Assembly: GCA_007375535.1 (NCBI GenBank)
Contig: VMEM01000002.1
Location: forward strand, 84,265 to 148,264
DNA: 64,000 nt
Direction: 5' to 3'
From: Parcubacteria group bacterium LiPW_41
GTDB lineage: Bacteria > Patescibacteriota > Minisyncoccia > UBA6257 > GWB1-50-10
Shown here: in pieces, positions 18,271 to 27,069 of the stretch
How the letters are laid out: every line of letters begins with the position of its first letter
Position numbering within the stretch: the first letter of the stretch is position 1
Position numbers and translations under genes: made by a program
The notes under the pieces: model-generated
Databases searched by the model: none
What the model was told of the DNA's origin: nothing
Seen by the model: only the letters and a program-made list of their open reading frames with translations

Positions 18271-19323
18271 ATGAAACGGGGGGGGGGGATTAATGGGAAG
18301 AGATTGTTTTATATTCATATGAATATATTTAAACAGATTATTTCAACAGAAAACATAGTTTCCGCGTGGCAGGAATTTTTGTGTGGCAAGCGGAATAAGT
18401 ATGACGTGCAGTTATTTTCGCTCAATTTGATGAGTAATATATTTAGATTACAGCGAGAATTAGAAGAGAAGCGATATATTCATGGACTATATCACGCATT
18501 CAGAATATCGGATCCGAAACCGCGTGATATTCACAAAGCATCAGTACGAGATCGTTTACTTCATCATGTACTTTATCGAGTATTGTACCCACTGTTTGAT
18601 ACGACATTTATTGCCGACTCATTTTCTTGTAGAAATAACAAAGGAACACACAAAGCACTTCAAAGATTTCAGCGGTTTGTATGGAGGGTAGGTAAAAACA
18701 ATACAAAGCAATGCTGGGTATTAAAGTGTGATATACGAAAATTTTTTGCGAGCATTGATCACGAGACGCTTGTTTCAATTTTGGAGAAGCGTATAAATGA
18801 TGCAGATGTTATTTGGTTGTGCAAAGAAGTGATAAAAAGTTTTGAGACAGAAGTGGGGAGTAGGCGAGGACTTCCATTAGGAAACCTAACCTCGCAATTA
18901 TTTGCAAATGTGTATATGAATGAATTTGATCAATATATAAAACATACATTGAAGGTAAAGCATTACATTCGTTATGCGGACGATTTTGCGATATTCTCAA
19001 ATAATAAAGATGAATTAGAAAAACTGATTCCTAAAATACGGTCGTTTCTTAGTGAAACGCTTCATCTTTCAATTCACGATGATAAGTTATTTATTGAAAC
19101 TATTTGTTCTGGTGTTGATTTTTTAGGTTGGGTTCATTTTTCAAATCACCGAGTTGTGCGGACAAGAACAAAAAGAAGAATGATGAAACGGATCGAAGGA
19201 CATCCTACACAAGAAACAATTAACTCATATTTAGGGCTTTTGAAACACGGAAATACAGAGAAATTAAAAAAGCAAATTGATTACTTCACATTTTTAAAAG
19301 AAAAAGATATACTGCCTAAGTAA
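18271..19323 (+). CDS. DGR-type reverse transcriptase. The start is probably the internal Met at about 18319; the ORF 5' end spans a G11 tract
   Basis: RT motifs: FRISDPKPRDIHKASVRDRLLHH; CDIRKFFASIDH; GLPLGNLTSQLFANVYMNEFD (the DGR-specific SQ motif); YADDFAIF. Confidence 0.85.
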   Translation: MKRGGGINGKRLFYIHMNIFKQIISTENIVSAWQEFLCGKRNKYDVQLFSLNLMSNIFRLQRELEEKRYIHGLYHAFRISDPKPRDIHKASVRDRLLHHVLYRVLYPLFDTTFIADSFSCRNNKGTHKALQRFQRFVWRVGKNNTKQCWVLKCDIRKFFASIDHETLVSILEKRINDADVIWLCKEVIKSFETEVGSRRGLPLGNLTSQLFANVYMNEFDQYIKHTLKVKHYIRYADDFAIFSNNKDELEKLIPKIRSFLSETLHLSIHDDKLFIETICSGVDFLGWVHFSNHRVVRTRTKRRMMKRIEGHPTQETINSYLGLLKHGNTEKLKKQIDYFTFLKEKDILPK

Positions 19324-19326
19324 ATT

Positions 19327-19920
19327 ATGAAAAACGAACGAACATTTGTCATATTAAAACCAGACGCAGTCCACAGAAATCTTTTGGGAGAGATTATAAG
19401 TCGTTTTGAACGAACGGGTTTGAAAGTAGTTGCGGTAAAATTTATTATTCCAACGAGAGAACAATGTCTTACGCATTACAATAAAGATGATGCTTGGTTT
19501 GTAAAGGTAGGGAATCGTACGATGCAAGAAATGGTAGCAAAGGGAGTTACTCCAAACAAGGAGGCAATAGAATATGGGAAAGAAATTTTGGAGGGGAATG
19601 TAAAATTTTTAACTGCAAGCCCAGTACTTGCAATGGTGTTTCAGGGAAACAGAGCAGTTGATATTATAAAAAAACTTGTAGGAGGAACGGAACCATTAAC
19701 ATCAGATGTAGGAACGATTCGAAGTGACTACACTATTGATTCATATGCACTTGCAGGAGCTGATGGGAGATGTGTGAGAAATTTAGTTCATTGTTCCGAT
19801 GTGGTAGAAGAGGCAGAACGGGAGATTAAGGTGTGGTTCAAAGAAGAGGAGATAGTACAATATACCCATCTTAACGAAAAGATTTTATATGATGTAAACT
19901 TGGATGGAATACTAGAATAA
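19327..19920 (+). CDS. ndk: Nucleoside diphosphate kinase (extended form)
   Basis: ERTFVILKPDAVHRNLLGEIISRFE; NLVHCSDVVEEAEREIKVWF (active-site His). Followed by the terminator aaaaccgcttacgcggtttta at 19918-19940. Confidence 0.8.
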   Translation: MKNERTFVILKPDAVHRNLLGEIISRFERTGLKVVAVKFIIPTREQCLTHYNKDDAWFVKVGNRTMQEMVAKGVTPNKEAIEYGKEILEGNVKFLTASPVLAMVFQGNRAVDIIKKLVGGTEPLTSDVGTIRSDYTIDSYALAGADGRCVRNLVHCSDVVEEAEREIKVWFKEEEIVQYTHLNEKILYDVNLDGILE

Positions 19921-20342
19921 AACCGCTTACGCGGTTTTATTTAAGTTAAAAGTTCAAAGCGTAAATCTCAAAATTGAAGCGCAAAAGTATGAGGCAGTAA
20001 AATAGAAACCTTTGAGTTTTGAATTTCATTTTTGCATTTTGAGCTTTGAGTTAATCTGTTATAATTAAGACAGTCCTACTTTTAAAGGTTTCTGATCAAA
20101 TATCGTACATTAGGGATTCGGATTATTATAGGATTGCTGATTCGTTCGGAATTCTATTCTTGATGGAACCCACCTGATACAATGCCGGATAGCCTTTATG
20201 GGTAGGATAAGAAAGTCCCCAATCTTTAAAAAGAGTGGGGTTTTTCGTAGGAAGAGAAAAGAAAACAAAAAATTTTCACAATAAAACGCCAATTTAGTCA
20301 ATTTTGACGTTAAGCGGGAAACCAAATACATTAGTGAGTACT

Positions 20343-21326
20343 ATGGAACCTAAGGCCGTCATAAAACCACCAAAACTTCGTCCAGGGGATGTTGTAGGGG
20401 TAATTTCGCCCTCTACTGCGGTAACCTCAAAAAAAGCCCTCTCAAATGGGATGCGGATTTTGGAATCTCTGGGTTTTAAGCCAAAATTAGGTCCAAAAGC
20501 ACTTGAAGTGCATGGTGGATATCTTGCGGGAACTCGCGAGGATCGTTTGGAAGATTTTCACACAATGTTCCTCGATGATGAGGTAAAAGCAATTTTTTGT
20601 ACGAGTGGAGGATATGCCTCAATCCAGTTGCTTCCTGATATTGATTGGGATGTTATAAAAAAGAATCCAAAAATATTTGTTGGATATTCTGATATCACTA
20701 CACTTCTTACTGCGATTAATGAAAGAACTGGACTCATTACATTTCATGGTCCAATGATTCAGGGTTTAGATAAAGATACAAAAGGAGGAAAGTTTACACT
20801 TAAAAATTTCAAGAGCACATTGATGAAGGGTGACGCAGGAAATCTTTCTGGATTTACTGAGTGGAAGGTATTAAAACCAGGAAGAGCAGAAGGAAAACTC
20901 ATCGGAGGTAATTTGAATATCATGTTGAGCTTGATGGGAACTCCATACGAACCGAAGTGGGACGGAAAGATTCTTTTCATTGAAGAAGTAGATGAGACGA
21001 TTGAAGGAATTGATAACTATCTATGGCGCCTTCGTGTTGCAAAGGTGTTTAAGAAGATTGAAGGAATTGTTGTTGGAAAAATTACTAATTTGTATCCAAT
21101 TGATGATGATGATGCTTCTTGGTCGGATCGAGAAAAGTCACTCACTATTGAAGACGTGATATTAAAAGCAACGGAAGGGTTCGATTTCCCAATCCTTTAT
21201 GGAGTAGATTTCGGACACGATGTTCCATCACTCACACTTCCTATTGGTGCTGATGCGCGACTTGATTGTCCAAAAGTAGGGAGAGTTGGAAAACTTTCCA
21301 TTAGTGAAAAGTTTTTAGAAGATTAA
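20343..21326 (+). CDS. ldcA: LD-carboxypeptidase (peptidase S66, LdcA-like). The ORF track starts at 20304
   Basis: RPGDVVGVISPS; FCTSGGY; GYSDITTLL; HGPM. Confidence 0.8.
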   Translation: MEPKAVIKPPKLRPGDVVGVISPSTAVTSKKALSNGMRILESLGFKPKLGPKALEVHGGYLAGTREDRLEDFHTMFLDDEVKAIFCTSGGYASIQLLPDIDWDVIKKNPKIFVGYSDITTLLTAINERTGLITFHGPMIQGLDKDTKGGKFTLKNFKSTLMKGDAGNLSGFTEWKVLKPGRAEGKLIGGNLNIMLSLMGTPYEPKWDGKILFIEEVDETIEGIDNYLWRLRVAKVFKKIEGIVVGKITNLYPIDDDDASWSDREKSLTIEDVILKATEGFDFPILYGVDFGHDVPSLTLPIGADARLDCPKVGRVGKLSISEKFLED

Positions 21327-21339
21327 AAAAATGTAATAA

Positions 21340-21374
21340 AAATCTCGCCAGTCATTGAACTGGCGAGATTTTTA
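21340..21374. terminator. Bidirectional terminator hairpin between the convergent ldcA and ddl-like genes
   Basis: aaatctcgccagtcattgaactggcgagattttta. Confidence 0.55.
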
Positions 21375-22376
21375 TTTAGCTCTTTTCAACGTTTCTTCAA
21401 TAATCTCTTGTATAACGTCTTTATATTTCATTCCTGAAATTTCTGCGGCAGTCGCAAATCCTGCTTCTGGTGAAATAAGCGGATTGGTGTTTACCTCAAT
21501 AACATATGGTCTTCGATTTTCGGCAAGGCGAATATCAACGCGAGCATAGTCACGTGCTCCAATTTCTTTAAATGCTTTAAGTGCGATGCGCTCAATTCGT
21601 TTTTGAAGTGCTGAATCAAGTTCTGCTGGGTAGTGGTGATCCAATGGGTCGTGTGCGTCCCATTTTCCTTGATAGGTAACAATTTTTGGTTCTTTTTTTG
21701 GAACAGAAGAAAAATCCATTTCGCCAATTGCGAGTATCCGTGGATGTTTGTCGCCAATAATTGGAACGGTGAGTTCTCTCCCTTCAATATATTCCTCAAC
21801 GATTGCAGCTTGTTCGTATTCTTTATGAATTTTTTCTACCAGCGCAATTACCTCATCGCTATCTGAAGTGACTGATTTATATGTTATTCCAGCACTTCCA
21901 TCTTCGCGAATTGGTTTCACAATGTATGGAGGAGTGAGGTCTTCAAGATTTGGAGTTTCATCTAAATCGACAACAATACCATAAGGAACTGGAATTCCCG
22001 CGGACCTTAGAATTTGTTTTGTCCTTTTTTTATTCAGAGCAAGTGCGAGTGCAAGTGGAGGGGAGCCGGTATATGGAACTTTTAGTAATTCGAAAAAACC
22101 GGCAATGTATGATTCGCCGATACTTTCTTCATTGAATGCTTCGCAAAGGTTAAAAATAAAATCTGGATTAATATCCTGAATTTTTTGTACTGTTGGTGCA
22201 GTAAATCTACGAACTCCCATTACTCGGACATTGTATCCGAGATCTTTTATAACATTACGAATATATTCAACCTCACTTCTGTCATTATTTGTTGCTTCGA
22301 ATTCATCAGCAGTTGCATTTTGTCCACTACCAAACGCATTGTAAACAATAAGACATGTACGTAATTCATCCGTCAT
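21372..22376 (-). CDS. ddl: ATP-grasp enzyme of the D-alanine--D-alanine ligase family
   Basis: LKVPYTGSPPLA; YIVKPIREDGSAGI; EEYIEGRELTVPIIG; YVIEVNTNPLISPEAGFA. Confidence 0.65.
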   Translation of the reverse strand: MTDELRTCLIVYNAFGSGQNATADEFEATNNDRSEVEYIRNVIKDLGYNVRVMGVRRFTAPTVQKIQDINPDFIFNLCEAFNEESIGESYIAGFFELLKVPYTGSPPLALALALNKKRTKQILRSAGIPVPYGIVVDLDETPNLEDLTPPYIVKPIREDGSAGITYKSVTSDSDEVIALVEKIHKEYEQAAIVEEYIEGRELTVPIIGDKHPRILAIGEMDFSSVPKKEPKIVTYQGKWDAHDPLDHHYPAELDSALQKRIERIALKAFKEIGARDYARVDIRLAENRRPYVIEVNTNPLISPEAGFATAAEISGMKYKDVIQEIIEETLKRAK

Positions 22377-22604
22377 ATATATTTATAATACTCTACAAAC
22401 AAAAAAATAAAAAGATTTTTTATTAAAAATAAAATATTTTTAAGAATGTATGAGTAATATTAAATAAAAATCTTTTTAATAAAAAATATAAACATTTTTT
22501 CGATGTGGTTTTTTCTTTGACAAAAAGTGCTTTTTGGTTTATACTCTTTTCCAGTGGTGACAAAAAGTTACCGTTAACAAATCAATAACAAAACAGGAGT
22601 TCAT

Positions 22605-23207
22605 ATGAAAAAAGGGTTGCTTATTACACTTGGTGTGTTTGGTATACTCATACTTATTGTTGTCTCAACCATCGGTTGGGGTGTTGGAAAATACAATGGT
22701 TTTGTAACCTTAGATCAGGCAGCGACTTCACAATGGGCGCAGGTTGAAAATGTATATCAGCGAAGAGCGGATCTGGTCCCGAATTTAGTTTCTACTGTTA
22801 AGGGTGTTGCTAAGTTTGAAAAAGAAACATTTACTGCAGTAACTGAAGCTCGTGCGAAAGTGGGTCAGGTGAAGATTGATCCAACAAATATAACAGCTGA
22901 AGGACTGAAAAAATTTCAAGAGGCCCAGGCAGGTTTAGGCGGGGCACTTCAAAGATTAATGGTGGTTTCCGAAAACTATCCTCAGTTAAAAGCAAATGAA
23001 AACTTTTTGCAGCTGCAAGCGCAGTTAGAAGGAACGGAAAATCGAATCGCTGTTGAAAGAAAGAAATATAATGAAGCAGCGCAAGAATTTAATACCGCGA
23101 TAAAGAAATTTCCTGGAAGTATAATCGCAGGAATGGGTGGTTTTTCAGAGAAGGCATATTTCAAAGCCGACGAAGGGGCAAAATCTGCCCCAAAAGTTGA
23201 ATTCTAA
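22605..23207 (+). CDS. lemA: LemA family membrane protein
   Basis: N-terminal TM segment; QWAQVENVYQRRADLVPNLVSTVKG...ETFTAVTEARAK. Confidence 0.8.
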   Translation: MKKGLLITLGVFGILILIVVSTIGWGVGKYNGFVTLDQAATSQWAQVENVYQRRADLVPNLVSTVKGVAKFEKETFTAVTEARAKVGQVKIDPTNITAEGLKKFQEAQAGLGGALQRLMVVSENYPQLKANENFLQLQAQLEGTENRIAVERKKYNEAAQEFNTAIKKFPGSIIAGMGGFSEKAYFKADEGAKSAPKVEF

Positions 23208-23274
23208 ATTAATTAAAATGAAAGGCATCGAGTGAACAACTCGGTGCCACATTTATTAAAAAGATGGAGGATAG

Positions 23275-24081
23275 ATGAAGCGATTGTTTTTATTTTTGTT
23301 TCTTCTGCCTTTGGTAATTTCCTTTTCTCAAATTGTTCCTAAGATGCAGGGTCGTGTGAATGATTATGTAAATGTTCTCTCATCTTCTACAAAGGAAAAA
23401 GTAGAACAGATGCTTAAAACACACGAAGACAGCACAACAAACCAAATTGCTGTGCTGAGTATTGAGAGTTTAGAAGGATATACCATTGAGCAGGTTGGAG
23501 AAAAAGTTGCTAATGAGTGGAAACTCGGCACTAAAAAAAATAATAATGGAGTTCTTTTTGTTTTTGCTATGAAAGAACATGATGCTCGCATAGAGGTTGG
23601 ATATGGACTTGAAGGGCCGTTACCTGATGCAATTTGTAGCTCAATTATCAGAAATGAGTTTGCACCAGAGGCAAAGAATGGTAATTATGATCTTGCTGTT
23701 GAAAAAACGGTAGTTGCGATTCAGAAAGCTATTAAAGGCGAATATAAAGCAGATGGAAGTTCAAAAGAGAATGATATTCCAATTTATTACATTCTTTTTG
23801 GAATTGCTTTTGTTGGAGGGATTTTAGGAAAAGTATTTGATAGTGTTTTAGTTGGTGGAATTGTAGGGAGTGTTATCGGTGGTGTGATTGCTATATTTCT
23901 TTATTCTTTTGGATTGATGTTTTTTGGTGGTATTATCGGAGGTTTCTTTGCTGGTGCTTTTGGAACGGTTTCGGGTAGTGGATCGAGGAGTGGTGGTTCT
24001 TTTGGTTCTTCGAGTTCTGGCGGTGGCTTTTTAGGTGGCGGTGGTTCTTTTGGTGGTGGCGGAGCTTCTGGTAAATGGTGA
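23275..24081 (+). CDS. TPM-domain (YgcG-like) membrane protein with a Gly-rich C-terminus
   Basis: Signal/TM segment; VNDYVNVLS...IAVLSIESLEGYTIEQ...GVLFVFAMKEHDARIEVGYGLEG; C-terminal GGGSFGG repeats. Followed by the terminator aaaaaacccccgcggatgcgggggattttt at 24095-24129. Confidence 0.75.
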   Translation: MKRLFLFLFLLPLVISFSQIVPKMQGRVNDYVNVLSSSTKEKVEQMLKTHEDSTTNQIAVLSIESLEGYTIEQVGEKVANEWKLGTKKNNNGVLFVFAMKEHDARIEVGYGLEGPLPDAICSSIIRNEFAPEAKNGNYDLAVEKTVVAIQKAIKGEYKADGSSKENDIPIYYILFGIAFVGGILGKVFDSVLVGGIVGSVIGGVIAIFLYSFGLMFFGGIIGGFFAGAFGTVSGSGSRSGGSFGSSSSGGGFLGGGGSFGGGGASGKW

Positions 24082-24132
24082 TATTATTCTTACAAAAAAC
24101 CCCCGCGGATGCGGGGGATTTTTATTTTGCGT

Positions 24133-24321
24133 TTATTTTGTCTTTGAGAGAGTTCGGAGACACTTCGTGCAAACAAGTGATTTCTTTCCTTTTACTAAAA
24201 GAGAAGTCATCTGAAGGTTTGCCTTCTTTTTACTCCAATTGGTTGGATTATACTTTCCACGTAATTTTACGCGGGTTCCTCCCATCTCGTATGATTTTGT
24301 GCACTTTTCACAGGCTCGCAT
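24133..24321 (-). CDS. rpmB: 50S ribosomal protein L28 (Cys-containing type)
   Basis: 62 aa: MRACEKCTKS..GGTRVKLRGKYNPTNWSKKKANLQ...LVCTKCLRT. Size, basic composition and CxxC..CxxC pattern fit L28. Confidence 0.65.
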   Translation of the reverse strand: MRACEKCTKSYEMGGTRVKLRGKYNPTNWSKKKANLQMTSLLVKGKKSLVCTKCLRTLSKTK

Positions 24322-24366
24322 AACTAGGTCAGTGTAAATTGTTTTCCAATTTTCGTCAATATATCT

Positions 24367-24969
24367 TTATTGAATAACCTCTTTATAGGTCTTTTTCTCA
24401 AGATCGAAACTATAAAATGTGATTCCCGTTCCATTGTCTATCCGTACCATTATTGTTTTTTGGTCCTTTTGTTTTGGGAATGAGAGAGTTCCTGTTACAA
24501 AGCTTTTTGGTGGCATCGATTTCCACACAGTACTTGTTGATTTTGATTTTATTATAATCCCGTCTCCTTGAAGTATAGTCACAAGTGAAGGCATTTCGAG
24601 AGCGGTATACGAAGATGCTTTTGAGGTAAATGCTTTTATATTGATATCAAGAATGTCGGTTTTTGGGGTAATAGATTCAATGGTGACCACAATTGGTGCT
24701 TGCGGGGAAAGTGTTGGGCTTGATTTTGTTTCGAATATGATTGCGGATGGTATATTTACAGAGATGTTTTCGGTATTTTCTTTATTTTGGTCGTTCTCTG
24801 ATATTTTTATATCAGGTGTGGTGGTTGCTTCATTTTTGTATTGTTTTGAAAGTTCAATATTGCTTATCTGAAGTTCGAGAGATTTTGTTTGTTGATATAA
24901 ATAAGCAAAACCAAAAGCCATACAAAGAAGGATGACGTATACAAAAACGTTCGAATTATTTCTTTCCAT
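24367..24969 (-). CDS. Hypothetical membrane-anchored protein
   Basis: N-terminal TM segment; Thr/Ser-rich region. Confidence 0.4.
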   Translation of the reverse strand: MERNNSNVFVYVILLCMAFGFAYLYQQTKSLELQISNIELSKQYKNEATTTPDIKISENDQNKENTENISVNIPSAIIFETKSSPTLSPQAPIVVTIESITPKTDILDINIKAFTSKASSYTALEMPSLVTILQGDGIIIKSKSTSTVWKSMPPKSFVTGTLSFPKQKDQKTIMVRIDNGTGITFYSFDLEKKTYKEVIQ

Positions 24970-25033
24970 TGGATTTATTGTATCACTTTTTTTGAATTTC
25001 TATTTTTGTGATTAATGAGTACAATAGAGTGGT

Positions 25034-25660
25034 ATGAGTATTTTAATTACTATTTTTCAACTTATCGTTCTTATTTTTTCAATTGTGGTACACGAAGTGT
25101 CTCACGGATTTGTTGCAGAAAAGCTAGGGGATCCAACTGCGCGAAAAATGGGAAGGTTGACGCTAAATCCATTGAAACACATTGATCCATTTGGCTCTAT
25201 TTTGCTTCCGCTCGCGTTATTACTTCCATCATTTTTTATTAAGGGATTTAACGGTCCGGTGTTTGGGTGGGCAAAGCCAGTTCCTTATAACCCGATGTTT
25301 TTGAAATACCCAAGAAGGGACGCGGCACTTTTGGCTCTTGCTGGTCCCGCAAGTAATCTCGTCCTTGCTGTTGTGTTTGCGGGCCTATTTCGTCTTGTGG
25401 GAGGTTCAATCGGAACATTGTTTGCAATTATTGTAATTACCAACATCTCGCTCGCACTATTTAACCTTATCCCAATTCCGCCGCTCGATGGATCAAAGAT
25501 GTTATTTTATCTACTTCCAAAAAATGCAGCTAGTATTGAACGATTTTTGGAACAGTATGGGTGGTACATTCTTCTCTTTTTCATTGTGTTTGGGGTGGAT
25601 CTACTCTCAAAACCAATCTTAGGATTTGCTCAATTTTTGCTAGGAGTAAACTTGTTCTAG
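25034..25660 (+). CDS. Zinc metalloprotease of the M50 (site-2 protease) family
   Basis: HEVSHGFVAEKLGDPTARKMGRLTLNPLKHIDPFGS; polytopic membrane protein. Confidence 0.75.
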   Translation: MSILITIFQLIVLIFSIVVHEVSHGFVAEKLGDPTARKMGRLTLNPLKHIDPFGSILLPLALLLPSFFIKGFNGPVFGWAKPVPYNPMFLKYPRRDAALLALAGPASNLVLAVVFAGLFRLVGGSIGTLFAIIVITNISLALFNLIPIPPLDGSKMLFYLLPKNAASIERFLEQYGWYILLFFIVFGVDLLSKPILGFAQFLLGVNLF

Positions 25661-26059
25661 TTTATACCAACGGAGAATGTCATTTCGAATAAACATGTTG
25701 GAGTAAAATAGATAACTACTGAGTAAAAGAAAAACCATTTATTTTTTTCTGCACGTCTAAACGAAAGAATCCACTCTTTTATGCATAATATACGCCCAGA
25801 CGGAAGAATTCCTATTTTTCTATGTACGTCGGAATACAATCAATAAATTCACGAAAAAGGGGAAACTTGAAAATAGAATCCACAACACTGTTTGAGACAC
25901 CGTAGGTGTCGAGTTTGTTGCGGGTTATTTTTTTTCATTTCCTCTTTGAGTTGAATTTATATTGTATGAAGATTTCATATAAAAATAGGAATTCTGAAGT
26001 AACCTTGACCATTTTACTCTATTCATCTATACTTGGTTTTGATTTAAAGAAATATTCAA

Positions 26060-26479
26060 ATGCCGACTATTGGACAGTTAATCAAAAAAGGGAGGACTTC
26101 AAAGACGAAGAAAGACAAGTCGCCTGGTTTGACTACCTATTTTAATTATTTAAAGAATCGCCCAAAGGATTCTCCGTCGCCGTTTAAGCGTGGGGTATGT
26201 TTGAAGGTGTTTACTACCACTCCAAAAAAGCCAAACTCCGCACTCCGAAAGGTTGCGCGTATTCGTTTGACCAATGGAATGGAAGTCACCGCTTATATCC
26301 CTGGAGAAGGACACAATTTACAGGAACACTCAGTGGTAATGATTCGCGGAGGACGCGTGAAAGACCTTCCAGGTGTTCGATATCACATTGTTCGTGGAGT
26401 ACTCGACACCGCTGGAGTAGACAAGAGAAAACAGCAACGTTCAAAGTATGGTGCGAAATTTAAGAAAGCAGCTAAATAA
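26060..26479 (+). CDS. rpsL: 30S ribosomal protein S12
   Basis: [12 protein letters not shown]...[59 protein letters not shown]. Confidence 0.9.
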   Translation: MPTIGQLIKKGRTSKTKKDKSPGLTTYFNYLKNRPKDSPSPFKRGVCLKVFTTTPKKPNSALRKVARIRLTNGMEVTAYIPGEGHNLQEHSVVMIRGGRVKDLPGVRYHIVRGVLDTAGVDKRKQQRSKYGAKFKKAAK

Positions 26480-26484
26480 ACTAT

Positions 26485-26964
26485 ATGAGAAAAAAATCTA
26501 ACGTTGTAAAAAGAGATGTTGGTTCTGATGTGAAGCACAGCCGAGCCGATGTTGCACGATTTATTAACTATTTGATGGTTGATGGAAAAAAGAGTGTTGC
26601 AGAAAAAGTAGTGTACGATGCATTGAAGAAGGTAAAAGAGGTTACAAAAGATGAACCTATCAATGTATTCGAAAAAGCACTTGAAAACGCAACCCCACTT
26701 TTAGAAATTGTTTCAAAGCGTATTGGTGGAGCAAACTACCAAATTCCTCGTGAAGTACGCCCAGAACGAAAGTTCTTCCTTGCTACTCACTGGATTATCA
26801 ATGCAGCACGAAGTAAAAAAGGAAAGCCAATGGCAGATCGTTTGGCAGATGAATTAATTGCAGCATCAAAGAACGAAGGAGCAGCAATTAAGAAGAAGTT
26901 AGACACACACCGAATGGCAGAGGCAAACAGAGCATTCGCCTCACTCATCCGATCAGGATCATAA
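26485..26964 (+). CDS. rpsG: 30S ribosomal protein S7
   Basis: S7 fold: PDVARFINYLMVDGKKSVAEKVVYDAL... Confidence 0.9.
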   Translation: MRKKSNVVKRDVGSDVKHSRADVARFINYLMVDGKKSVAEKVVYDALKKVKEVTKDEPINVFEKALENATPLLEIVSKRIGGANYQIPREVRPERKFFLATHWIINAARSKKGKPMADRLADELIAASKNEGAAIKKKLDTHRMAEANRAFASLIRSGS

Positions 26965-27069
26965 GAGACACTTTTACGAGAACGGTAATTCGGCTCTGCA
27001 TATCACAGACCAAATATCCGTTCTCGTTCTCATTTTCAAACTAATAAAAAAATAAATTAAAACAATTTT

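Larger units (their letters stand above)
16777..19323 (+). mobile_element. Diversity-generating retroelement cassette: target gene with VR, then TR, avd on the opposite strand, then RT
   Basis: Direct repeats with adenine-specific mismatches; YADD reverse transcriptase with LGNLTSQ; Avd-like four-helix-bundle protein. Confidence 0.8.

Noticed and set aside
19990-20055. A tttgag/ttttgaa repeat array considered as a CRISPR array
   Set aside because: The repeats are 6-13 nt, irregular and without unique spacers. There are no cas genes.
20180-20240. A possible RNase P RNA P4-like GAAAGUCC motif
   Set aside because: The motif pairs locally in a simple hairpin. No ACAGAAACCCGGCUUA-like 3' partner is present, and the region is too short for RNase P RNA.
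20110-20331. A minus-strand 73-aa ORF upstream of ldcA
   Set aside because: It has no ribosome-binding site and overlaps a likely promoter or leader region; it is probably spurious.
22400-22500. AT-rich inverted repeats (aaaaagattttttattaaaaat / aaaaatctttttaataaaaaat) in the divergent ddl/lemA intergenic region
   Set aside because: The composition is extremely AT-rich, so the palindromy may be a chance property of low-complexity promoter DNA.
25657-26145. Small ORFs (25657-25839 minus strand; 25906-26145 plus strand) upstream of rpsL
   Set aside because: This is the leader/promoter region of the str operon. The second ORF runs into the rpsL start in another frame.
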